Shown one piece after another: positions 18,365-25,738 of a stretch of 32,000 nucleotides of DNA. The notes beneath the pieces are model-generated. The model saw nothing but the letters and a program-made list of their open reading frames with translations, made no database searches and was not told the DNA's origin. The translations under genes and the position numbers were made by a program. Origin of the DNA: Edaphobacter aggregans (GTDB lineage: Bacteria; Acidobacteriota; Terriglobia; Terriglobales; Acidobacteriaceae); the NCBI RefSeq assembly GCF_003945235.1, contig NZ_RSDW01000001.1, forward strand, positions 5,100,001 through 5,132,000. The letters are read 5' to 3'. Numbering within the stretch: the first letter of the stretch is position 1; each line of letters starts with the position of its first letter.

Positions 18365-19930
18365 ATGAATCTTAACCGTCATTGCCTAGAGAAGAGTATC
18401 TTTAGCATGTTAACAAACGTTTGGAGACACGCAGCGGGCGTTTCAAAAACCGGTCTGGGCCTGGCCCTCGTAGCCTGCTTGGTTGTGTTCATCGTATCGA
18501 CATATCGTTGGCCTCTCATCGGTGATGCTACTTTGCTGCACTACGTCATTTTCCTAATGAAGCATGGGATGGCCCCATATCGAGACATCATTGATATGAA
18601 TATGCCGGGAACATACTTGATCCAGGAAGCGGTCGTAAATATCGCTGGCGACGGCTCTCTTTCATGGCGTTTATTCGATTTCTTCCTTCTAGCGAGTGCC
18701 ATGACGGCAATGATCGTGATAGCGCTACCTTATGGCTGGTTTGCTGGCTTCTTTGCCGGCGCATTGTTTGCCTTAATTCATGGTGTAGATGGAGTGCCAC
18801 ATTCTGGACAGCGAGATTTTGTTATGTCCGTTCTTCTGCTTAACGCATACGCAGCTCTGTTTTGTGCCACTAGACGTAATTGGGCATGGTGCGCCGGGCT
18901 CTTCGGCGTATTCATCGGAACTGCGGCAACGGTCAAACCCACGGTTGCACCATTGGGACTCCTTCTGATGGCGCTGCTCGTATACAAACGTATACGTGAA
19001 GATAAACCTGCGATTTCGTTGTTTTTATCTGGGATCGCCGGTATGGCTGTTACCGTTTTGCCGTCCGTTCTTTTCATCCAGCGCTATCATGCGTGGGTAG
19101 CATTCATGGAGGTACTAAGTCAGCTTCTTCCATATGATGCGACTCTTGGCAGAAAGCCGATAAGCTATCTCTTGCAACACTCCCTCTCCCCAATACTGCC
19201 GATTGCGATATTGTGGTTTCTTGCCGTCATAGTGGCATGGAGACGACTGGGGTGGGAAAAGGTCGCGCTGCTCATCGGGGCGGGCGTTAGCCTGGCCTCT
19301 TATATCATCCAAGGCAAGGGATATGTTTATCACCGTTATCCGTTGATAGCGATAATTTTGATCCTATCGAGCATACAGTTTTCTGAAGCCTTCAAGGAAG
19401 GCGTATTTGTGAGAGGCGTGGCTGTGGCTGGTCTTGTCTACGGTTCTTTCGTGCTTGCCCCGATTTCCGCATTTAAGATCGTGCATTATGAGTGGTGGAA
19501 GGACGACTTCCAAGCTAATCTTCGTCATGATCTTGATGCACTTGGAGGCCCCGCTCTTTCCGGCAACGTGCAGTGCATCGATATGTCAGCAGGGTGCATC
19601 AAGACCCTTGATCGTATGCGCTTGGTTCAGGCGACCGGATTCCTGTACGAGTACTATCTTCTTTCTCCGAACCAAAATCCATATGTCCTCAAAGAGCGCT
19701 CGAGTTTTATGCGGCTACTGCTACAGAATCCACCTAAGGTGCTTGTCGTCACCGATCAAGACTACCTCTTTGGTGATCACGGTTTTGAGAAGATTCGGCG
19801 CTGGCCGGCCTTTGATCGTTTTCTGATGGATCATTACTCTTTGTATAAGCTGCAACCACCTCTGCCCTTCGTGAAATGGGAACCGCGCGAGAGTCCTCAA
19901 TATGGATACGAGATCTTTGTTCTCAAATAA
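18365..19930 (+). CDS. Polytopic membrane protein, ArnT/PMT-like GT-C-fold glycosyltransferase (tentative)
   Basis: 521 aa, with roughly 11-12 hydrophobic segments followed by a C-terminal domain of about 140 aa. The first loop, RWPLIGDATLLHYVIFLMKHGMAPYRDIIDMNMPGTYL, resembles the D-x-x-x-Y...PY.D...PP loop of GT39/GT83 enzymes. An alternative start exists at the second Met, 14 codons into the ORF. Confidence 0.65.
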   Translation: MNLNRHCLEKSIFSMLTNVWRHAAGVSKTGLGLALVACLVVFIVSTYRWPLIGDATLLHYVIFLMKHGMAPYRDIIDMNMPGTYLIQEAVVNIAGDGSLSWRLFDFFLLASAMTAMIVIALPYGWFAGFFAGALFALIHGVDGVPHSGQRDFVMSVLLLNAYAALFCATRRNWAWCAGLFGVFIGTAATVKPTVAPLGLLLMALLVYKRIREDKPAISLFLSGIAGMAVTVLPSVLFIQRYHAWVAFMEVLSQLLPYDATLGRKPISYLLQHSLSPILPIAILWFLAVIVAWRRLGWEKVALLIGAGVSLASYIIQGKGYVYHRYPLIAIILILSSIQFSEAFKEGVFVRGVAVAGLVYGSFVLAPISAFKIVHYEWWKDDFQANLRHDLDALGGPALSGNVQCIDMSAGCIKTLDRMRLVQATGFLYEYYLLSPNQNPYVLKERSSFMRLLLQNPPKVLVVTDQDYLFGDHGFEKIRRWPAFDRFLMDHYSLYKLQPPLPFVKWEPRESPQYGYEIFVLK

Positions 19931-20087
19931 GATTCGAGAAAACTTCCTTCGCGGGTACAAGCCTGGACAGCAGCTTATTACGTGCAACATGGTCTAGTCT
20001 TCGAATGGTTCAGGCTGATTGCTTGAGTCACTGCTGAGTCGGCGAATGCTCCATAAAAAATATTTGAGGTAGTCGTTTAGCCACCGC

Positions 20088-20137
20088 TGTTGTTTTTCTA
20101 ATTAAGTGGCGCACTATTTGCTAATTATTTGGCACAC
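20088..20137 (+). repeat. Left terminal inverted repeat, made of two tandem ~25-bp subrepeats
   Basis: The sequence is TGTTGTTTTTCTAATTAAGTGGCGCAC followed by TATTTGCTAATTATTTGGCACAC. Both subrepeats share TTTKCTAATTA..TGGCRCAC, which I take to be reiterated transposase-binding sites. Confidence 0.8.
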
Positions 20138-20163
20138 AGAGCGCTAGCTCAGTTCAGCATCCA

Positions 20164-21135
20164 TCAAGCTTGGCCAATCACCAGATTGTCACGAGCCGTT
20201 TCGACAACATCCACCGACAAGGTCTCGAGGCCATTGATTGCAAGTACGCGTTCCATTTGGGTGAGCAAGCGAACGAGCAGGCGGAAGTTGCCACGGGTGA
20301 GTCGAATGACCGCGGCGATGACCTCCGGTGCTGGACATGAGGCAGGTAGATGTATGCCGACTGGGGCCCATCGTTGCTCGAGCAGCACCTGAATATCAGC
20401 ATCGCTAAGCGCTCTAAACTCGTGAACAAAGCCGATTCGCGAGAAGAGTTGCGGGTATCGAGCGACACGTTTCTCGATACCGGGCATGCCTATGAGGACC
20501 ATTCCGAGGCCGCTTTGATCGAAGATGGAGCGTAACTGCTCCAAACTGTTCATTGCCAGACGGTCCGCTTCATCGACGACAATTAGTGTCGTGGGGTCCT
20601 GGATCGCTTCGAGCCTGGCCTCGTATTCGTGGAGTGTGTCGTAGTAGGTTGGCTTAAGTGGCAGGGGTTGGTTGGGTCGGTAATCGGGATCCTCCCGATG
20701 CTTCACCCGCCAAGCCTCGTCGCGATTGCGAAGAACATCAAGCGTTGCTCTTTGTTCGACCCGAGTCGCTCGCTTGGCGACGCTGCAGAGAACACCACGA
20801 GCGCGATTTACGTGATGCTCAATTCGAGACGGCGTATTGACGACTTCAGGGGTGAAGAACACTGTGTCGATAGGCTTGGCGTCGGAAGCCTCTGCGTTCC
20901 AGCGGTCTAAAGGCACGATCTTCTGAATGCGACTATGGTGAATGGCAGATAGTGTTTTTCCGACGCCCGGGGGACCGTAGCACAGACCGATGTAGCGGTC
21001 TCGCCGGCACGCCTCACAAAACTCCACGAATCGTTTGTACTCAAGCGTCTCCACAAAAACTGGGACTTCGCTACTCGTTGAAGTAGCGTTTGAGCTTGGA
21101 GCGCTTGGATTCGACTGGTGTGACCATGCTTGCAT
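20164..21135 (-). CDS. tniB: TniB-like AAA+ ATPase (transposition helper)
   Basis: Walker A is GLCYGPPGVGKTLSA and Walker B is LIVVDEADRL. The motif LRSIFDQSGLGMVLIGMPGIEKRVARYPQLFSRIGF is typical of TniB/AAA_22 proteins. I set the start at the ATG at 21135, which has a GAGAGGA RBS 5 nt upstream. The track's TTG at 21183 is less likely. The gene overlaps the end of tniA by 65 nt. Confidence 0.8.
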   Translation of the reverse strand: MQAWSHQSNPSAPSSNATSTSSEVPVFVETLEYKRFVEFCEACRRDRYIGLCYGPPGVGKTLSAIHHSRIQKIVPLDRWNAEASDAKPIDTVFFTPEVVNTPSRIEHHVNRARGVLCSVAKRATRVEQRATLDVLRNRDEAWRVKHREDPDYRPNQPLPLKPTYYDTLHEYEARLEAIQDPTTLIVVDEADRLAMNSLEQLRSIFDQSGLGMVLIGMPGIEKRVARYPQLFSRIGFVHEFRALSDADIQVLLEQRWAPVGIHLPASCPAPEVIAAVIRLTRGNFRLLVRLLTQMERVLAINGLETLSVDVVETARDNLVIGQA

Positions 21136-22531
21136 GGACGTCCTCTCTTTGCATGCCTCTTCTGAATTCCAGCAAAGTGTCAACTGTCTTCAGTCGATCC
21201 CTAACGATGGTTCGCAGTTGCTCCCGGCGACGTTTGCGAGCGTTCACGATGTCTCGAAGCGGTACTGTTTGGCCGGCCAAATCGGCCGAGATGGCTCGGC
21301 ATAGGAAGCGGTCACGGTAGAAGACGCGGATCTCGCCCATGTCCCTGGGGTCAAAGCGAATCGTGACATCTTCCCCGACGTAGGCCGCCAGTGTTAACGA
21401 CAGGTAGCGGAAGTTATGAAAGTGAATGCCATCAGTTCGGACTTTGCGCGTACGGACCTCGTGGATGAGCAGGAGGTCCAGTCGTTCTATGCTGTCTGGC
21501 ATGCGCGGCAAGAAGCCACCCTGTTCCCATCGCTCTTTGGGGGACGGGTTGCCTTCTGAGCTTGGCCTCCGGTGGTAAACCTCCAGTAGGAACGTGTGGA
21601 ACTGTTTCTCGAAAGAGTCGAGCGTAAGCGTAGGCTTTCGTCCGCTCCTTGTGGTGTAGCCATCCAGGTCGCACAAAAACATCTCGTTTACCGTGCGAAA
21701 GAATCGCTCGATGCGGCCTCGACCCTGAGGCTGCCCTGGCGTGGAGAATACAAGCTGGATCTTCAGGTCCGCCGCCACCTGCTCAAGATGTTTTGAGCGG
21801 AAGTCGGAACCGTTGTCGGTGTACAGATGGTCTGGAATGCCACAGATTTCCCAATGGGGATCACCTTTACGCCAGATACCCTGACGCAGCGCCAAGGTTG
21901 TGCGAAGGGAAGAAGGCGGCTCGAATCCGAGATAATACCCCGCCACGGCTCGGCTGTAGTCATCGATGACGATGGTCAGCCAGGGCTTCCCCACGGAACC
22001 ATCGTCGCGCAGCAGCTTGATGTCGAGTTGCGCGTGATCGACCTGCCATATCGAGTTCGGCCTGAACGCTTCTCTCCGGTGAACCAGATCGAAGCCCTCG
22101 CTGTATACCCTGTTGCCTCGGTGCGCCAGCATAACCAACCCAGCTGGGAGGGTCTGTACGATTCGCCGAACAACTGCATAGCTCGGTTTGCTCTCTTTAA
22201 GAGTCTCTGCTATCGCGCTTGCCTGCCGGTGGATAGAACTCATCGGGAGTGGTGGTCGTTCAAGCGCGAGACCCTCGATCGCCTTTACCAACGTTGTCGA
22301 CGCTAGCCTTCGTCCTCCCTGATCACTCCGGCTCCGACGGGCCAAGGCAGCCAGCCCATCCTTGCGATATCCATTCGCCCAACGCAATGCTGTTCGATAG
22401 GGAATCGACGCTTCAGAAGCCACAGTACGCAGCGGACGCGCCTCTTCCAGGTGTGGCCGGAGCAGTTGGAGGCGTTGGAGGGCAATCTCACGCGACGCTT
22501 GCGGTATGGCGGAAAGCTCGTCCACACGCAA
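21071..22531 (-). CDS. tniA: TniA-like DDE (rve-type) transposase with a Mu-transposase-like C-terminal domain
   Basis: There is an N-terminal HTH region. The DDE triad contexts are SIWQVDHAQLD, LYTDNGSDFRS and GRGRIERFFRTVN. The C-terminal VRTDGIHFHNFRY...VTIRFDPRDMGEIRVFY resembles Mu_transpos_C. The start is TTG at 22531 or GTG at 22525, directly abutting the right inverted repeat. Confidence 0.85.
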   Translation of the reverse strand: MRVDELSAIPQASREIALQRLQLLRPHLEEARPLRTVASEASIPYRTALRWANGYRKDGLAALARRSRSDQGGRRLASTTLVKAIEGLALERPPLPMSSIHRQASAIAETLKESKPSYAVVRRIVQTLPAGLVMLAHRGNRVYSEGFDLVHRREAFRPNSIWQVDHAQLDIKLLRDDGSVGKPWLTIVIDDYSRAVAGYYLGFEPPSSLRTTLALRQGIWRKGDPHWEICGIPDHLYTDNGSDFRSKHLEQVAADLKIQLVFSTPGQPQGRGRIERFFRTVNEMFLCDLDGYTTRSGRKPTLTLDSFEKQFHTFLLEVYHRRPSSEGNPSPKERWEQGGFLPRMPDSIERLDLLLIHEVRTRKVRTDGIHFHNFRYLSLTLAAYVGEDVTIRFDPRDMGEIRVFYRDRFLCRAISADLAGQTVPLRDIVNARKRRREQLRTIVRDRLKTVDTLLEFRRGMQREDVHASMVTPVESKRSKLKRYFNE

Positions 22532-22533
22532 AA

Positions 22534-22583
22534 GTGTGCCAGATAATTAGCAAAATGTATGCCAAATAATTAGCAAAACGACA
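22534..22583 (-). repeat. Right terminal inverted repeat, made of two tandem subrepeats
   Basis: The top strand reads GTGTGCCAGATAATTAGCAAAAT followed by GTATGCCAAATAATTAGCAAAACGACA. Its reverse complement is TGTCGTTTTGCTAATTATTTGGCATACATTTTGCTAATTATCTGGCACAC. Confidence 0.8.
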
Positions 22584-22590
22584 GCTCATT

Positions 22591-23508
22591 TTGGCGCCTC
22601 CAGCACCCGACGGCAGGGAAGGGGAGCCCCTGGCCCTCACCCCGGCCCAGGCTTTGCTGCGCAAGATGGTGCTCGACACCGTCCCGTCGCCCCACTCCAA
22701 GCGCAACTACGGGAAAGCCCTCGACGATCTGTTCCAATTCTGTGCCAGCCGACCTCTCTCCCGGTCCTTATTAATGGAGTGGCGGGCGGGCATGGAGCCG
22801 CTCTCACCCTCCACTATAAATGTCCGGCTTTCGGCGGTGCGGAAGTTGGTGGGCGAGGCCAGGCGGAACAACATGATCGGATCGGAGGAGGCGGCCAGCC
22901 TGACCGACATCCCCAACATCCGTCAGAAGGGAACCCGGCTGGGGAACTGGCTGACCCGCGAACAGGCCAAGGAGCTGCTGGCCGTCCCCGACCGCTCGAC
23001 GCTCAAGGGCAAACGCGACTACGTCATCCTGGCGCTTCTTGTGGGCTGCGCCCTGAGACGGAACGAACTGGCCGAGCTTGACGTCGCGACCATCCAACAA
23101 AGGGAGGGGCGCTGGGTCCTGGCCGACCTGGAGGGCAAAGGCCGCCGCATCCGCACCGTTGCTGTCCCGATCTGGGTCAAGCAAGGCATCAACGCGTGGA
23201 TGACCGCGGCCGGCATCGAAGACGGACGGCTGTTGCGGTCGGTTTCGAAGAGCGGGAAGGTCAATCGCGACACCTTGAGCGACTGGGCGGTCTGGTCGGT
23301 AGTTGAACAGTCATCCAAGCAAATCGGGATCGAGCGCTTCGGCGCCCACGACCTGCGCCGTACCTGCGCCAAGCTCTGCCGGAAGAACGGCGGGGACCTG
23401 GAGCAGATCAAATTTTTGCTGGGGCACTCCTCGATTCAGACCACCGAACGCTATCTGGGCTCCGAACAGGATATTGAGATCGCGGTGAACGACAACCTAG
23501 GGCTGTAA
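22591..23508 (+). CDS. Tyrosine recombinase / phage-type site-specific integrase
   Basis: The catalytic contexts are LLVGCALRRNELAEL (Arg), GKGRRIRTVAVP (Lys), HDLRRTCAKL (His-x-x-Arg) and LLGHSSIQTTERYL (His, Tyr). The N-terminal SAM-like core-binding region is SPHSKRNYGKALDDLFQFC...STINVRLSAVRKL. The start is uncertain: the track's TTG at 22591 lies 8 nt from the transposon end, and the first ATG is at 22666. G+C is visibly higher than in both flanks. Confidence 0.85.
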   Translation: MAPPAPDGREGEPLALTPAQALLRKMVLDTVPSPHSKRNYGKALDDLFQFCASRPLSRSLLMEWRAGMEPLSPSTINVRLSAVRKLVGEARRNNMIGSEEAASLTDIPNIRQKGTRLGNWLTREQAKELLAVPDRSTLKGKRDYVILALLVGCALRRNELAELDVATIQQREGRWVLADLEGKGRRIRTVAVPIWVKQGINAWMTAAGIEDGRLLRSVSKSGKVNRDTLSDWAVWSVVEQSSKQIGIERFGAHDLRRTCAKLCRKNGGDLEQIKFLLGHSSIQTTERYLGSEQDIEIAVNDNLGL

Positions 23509-23649
23509 CATTACCTTGCTTTCTCGAAGACAGCGAAGCAGGAGCGTGTGCAGTGGGTTCCCAGCCCGTAGGCTCTTTGCAGCTTGGAGCTCGACTGTTA
23601 TAAGGTAGATAAGCTACTGTCTCAAGGATGTTTTCTCTAGAGGTTCTAC

Positions 23650-23862
23650 ATGACAGTGATGGAGCAGACGATCAAATCTTTGGTTCTCGATAAAGTTCGG
23701 CAAGCGCCACTTCGTCCAACGGAACTTGTTAGAGAACTTAGCGACGACGCATATCCGAGGGAAGTCGAGAACGCCTTATCGGGGCTTCTGGATGAAGGAA
23801 CTGTTGTCTTCGGCTCGGACCGAAGGCTCAGCGTGGCTAAGACGTTTACGGTCGCCGTGTAA
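23650..23862 (+). CDS. Small (70 aa) winged-helix-like protein
   Basis: An AGAGG RBS lies 7 nt before the ATG at 23650. LRPTELVRELSDDAYPREVENALSGLLDEGTVVFGSDRRLSV looks like helix-turn-helix followed by a wing; this is inference. The stop TAA at 23860-23862 is 1 nt before an in-frame TTG of the next gene. Confidence 0.45.
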   Translation: MTVMEQTIKSLVLDKVRQAPLRPTELVRELSDDAYPREVENALSGLLDEGTVVFGSDRRLSVAKTFTVAV

Positions 23863-23863
23863 T

Positions 23864-25252
23864 TTGCATTCCAGAACAACACTTTACCAACGTCTTCATA
23901 AAGAACCTGGTCCACACGAAGGTGATGATCGATCACCATTCGAAGAGGACCGGGATATAGTTCTGTACTCCTCAGCATTCAAACGACTACTTAGCGTCAC
24001 TCAGGTCGCTTCGGCGTCGGCTGGTTATCTGTTTCATACGCGTCTCACTCATAGCCTTCAAGTCGCTCAAGTTGGCCAGCGACTTGCAGAGAAGTTGCTG
24101 AAGAAGCAGCCTGAGCTGGCACAAGAGCTCGGAGGACTCGATGCTAGCATCGTAGAAACGGCTTGCCTGGCTCATGACATTGGTCATCCACCATTTGGGC
24201 ATTTGGCAGAAGACGCTCTTGACGAAAAAGCACGGAGTTTTGGGGGCTTTGAAGGGAATGCCCAAAGCTTTCGGATCGTTACTCAATTGGGTATTCGATC
24301 CTTAAACTATCGCGGATTGAACCTGACCGTTGGAAGTTTGCGGGGCCTTCTTAAATACCCTTGGCTATACGCTGACAGACCGTCGGACCCAAATCACGCG
24401 ACTGGCAAAAAGCCGAAATGGGGGGCCTATGACTGCGATCGAGATGCATTCGTAAATGTTTGGGGACTCGATGGCAGTGATCGAGTTGTTCGGCGCGCCC
24501 CGGAAGCAGAGCTGATGGACTGGGCCGATGATGTCACCTACTCAGTTCACGATGTAGAGGACTTTTTTCGTGCGGGCCTAATTCCGCTGCATTTGCTCAA
24601 GTCATATGGCGTATCGAAGGGCAGGGAACCAAAGAACCCTCTGCGAAGAGAACGGAAGGAGAGGGAGAGGTTCTTTGAATACATAGTTCAGAATGAGCGT
24701 AAAGACAAAATCCTGACAGGGTTATCGGTTGAAGAGATTGCAGAGATTTTCGATGATCTCTTGATCTACGCCGCCTTCGCTTTTGAACAGCCATACGAGG
24801 GTACCCGAGAGGATCACGCTCATTTAAGGACATTCACAAGTCGGCTGATCAGTCGCTTCATAAACGAATTGCAGTTGCGGGCGCCAGACGGGGATGGTGG
24901 GTCTACCGTCACGAAAGCTGTGCTGGCGCAGCAAGAGCTCGCCATACTGAAACAACTTACGTGGTTTTACGTGATCGAAGCACCGGCACTAGCAATGCAA
25001 CATCAGGCTCAAGATAAGATAATCCGAAAATTAGCGGATATTTTTCTCCAAGAGGCTCACCAAGAAAAGCCCAGCGGTGTCTTGCCTATTTACTATCGGG
25101 AGCTTTTTCGAATGCCCGATATGACCGACACAGAAAAGAGTAGAGCTGCGATTGATCTAATCGCCGGCATGACAGAAAGTCAAGCGACGGCCGTATATCA
25201 GAGAATCGAAGGGATATCCCTCAGTTCGGGTATAGACAAAATTTTAGTTTGA
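23864..25252 (+). CDS. Dgt-family HD-domain dNTP (dGTP) triphosphohydrolase-like protein
   Basis: The motifs are SPFEEDRDIVLYSSAFKRLLSVTQV, HTRLTHSLQVAQVGQRL, ACLAHDIGHPPFGH and ELMDWADDVTYSVHDVEDFFRAGLI. I placed the start at the TTG at 23864, which could be translationally coupled to the upstream ORF. The alternative ATG at 23792 would overlap that ORF by 71 nt. The track start at 23726 is unlikely. Confidence 0.85.
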   Translation: MHSRTTLYQRLHKEPGPHEGDDRSPFEEDRDIVLYSSAFKRLLSVTQVASASAGYLFHTRLTHSLQVAQVGQRLAEKLLKKQPELAQELGGLDASIVETACLAHDIGHPPFGHLAEDALDEKARSFGGFEGNAQSFRIVTQLGIRSLNYRGLNLTVGSLRGLLKYPWLYADRPSDPNHATGKKPKWGAYDCDRDAFVNVWGLDGSDRVVRRAPEAELMDWADDVTYSVHDVEDFFRAGLIPLHLLKSYGVSKGREPKNPLRRERKERERFFEYIVQNERKDKILTGLSVEEIAEIFDDLLIYAAFAFEQPYEGTREDHAHLRTFTSRLISRFINELQLRAPDGDGGSTVTKAVLAQQELAILKQLTWFYVIEAPALAMQHQAQDKIIRKLADIFLQEAHQEKPSGVLPIYYRELFRMPDMTDTEKSRAAIDLIAGMTESQATAVYQRIEGISLSSGIDKILV

Positions 25253-25265
25253 TCAATTGTAGAGA

Positions 25266-25294
25266 GGTAAGTATCTGTTAAATATAGACTTACC
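25266..25294 (+). terminator. Hairpin after the dGTPase gene (no T-tract; weak terminator candidate)
   Basis: GGTAAGT (25266-25272) pairs with ACTTACC (25288-25294), with a 15-nt loop. It lies 14 nt after the stop at 25252. Confidence 0.3.
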
Positions 25295-25408
25295 ATCACG
25301 TCAACCAACGTGCATTGGGAATGCAGGGCAATTTTCTCATTTTAAATTTGTGAATCACATTGGATCTACCTAGGATCAAAAGGAAAGAGATAATACTCCC
25401 AGGCGGTG

Positions 25409-25437
25409 TTGACATTGGTGAGAGCAGCCTCATAATG
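25409..25437 (+). promoter_or_regulatory. Sigma-70-like promoter candidate for the 67-aa / ClpP-like gene pair
   Basis: TTGACA (25409-25414), a 17-nt spacer, then ATAATG (25432-25437). It sits in an A+T-rich 280-bp gap about 95 nt upstream of the ATG at 25533, which has an AGGAG RBS at 25523-25527. Confidence 0.4.
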
Positions 25438-25532
25438 TAAACACTCGTTTGGTTAGTCTTTTGCAGAGCTTGTAAACGGTAAGGCGCGCAAACCTTCACG
25501 CTGAGATAAGCGTCCAAGAAATAGGAGTTCAT

Positions 25533-25736
25533 ATGTCAGCAGTTGCCAAAGTTCTTCGCGAGCAGTCGGATGATCTGGACACCGCGCTTGAATCTATCTC
25601 GGAACGGTGGCATGGAAATTTATCTGCTTATCTCGACGCGTTGGCTCGCGCGAAGGAAGCCGCTGAGGCTTCTCGTGAAGAACAAGGCGGCGTCCGGACG
25701 GCTGCGACGATCACTCGGGGTCTCAATAGCCGATAG
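25533..25736 (+). CDS. Small (67 aa) helical hypothetical protein
   Basis: It has a good RBS and ATG. The sequence is charged and helix-like (LREQSDDLDTALESISERWHGNLSAYLDALARAKEAAEASREEQ). The stop TAG at 25734-25736 is 2 nt before the next ATG, which suggests coupling. Confidence 0.5.
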   Translation: MSAVAKVLREQSDDLDTALESISERWHGNLSAYLDALARAKEAAEASREEQGGVRTAATITRGLNSR

Positions 25737-25738
25737 AT

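Larger units (their letters stand above)
20088..22583 (-). mobile_element. Compact two-gene TniA/TniB-type transposable element (Tn5053/Tn552/Mu superfamily), 2496 bp
   Basis: The element is bounded by 50-bp imperfect terminal inverted repeats (41/50 identical by my alignment). They begin TGTTGTTTTT... on the left and TGTCGTTTTG... on the reverse complement of the right end. It carries only a DDE transposase gene and an AAA+ ATPase gene. I found no flanking target-site duplication (left ACCGC, right GCTCA). Confidence 0.8.

Noticed and set aside
21915-21930. tRNA T-arm-like GGCGGCTCGAATCCGA
   Set aside because: It lies inside the tniA coding frame, and no acceptor, D or anticodon stems can be drawn around it.
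20088-22583. IS21-family assignment (IstA/IstB) for the two-gene element
   Set aside because: The ATPase shows TniB/AAA_22-like motifs (LIVVDEADRL, QLFSRIG). The transposase has a Mu-type C-terminal domain. The ends start TGT(C/T)GTTTT, like Tn402/Tn5053. IS21 is not fully excluded without profile searches.
22570-22668. Recombinase gene simply split by the transposon insertion
   Set aside because: The frame is open across the inverted repeat, but the DNA left of the element (19931-20087) is A+T-rich and has no matching coding continuation. A clean gene disruption is therefore not supported.
23726-23863. Long N-terminal extension of the dGTPase ORF (track start 23726; ATG at 23792)
   Set aside because: The extension is Arg/Ser-rich and overlaps, out of frame, a better-looking wHTH ORF that has an AGAGG RBS. 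The conserved Dgt N-terminal motif starts well downstream. The TTG at 23864 is preferred but not proven.
25296-25532. 78-aa minus-strand ORF
   Set aside because: It occupies the A+T-rich promoter gap between the dGTPase and the 67-aa gene, has no RBS, and its composition does not look protein-like.
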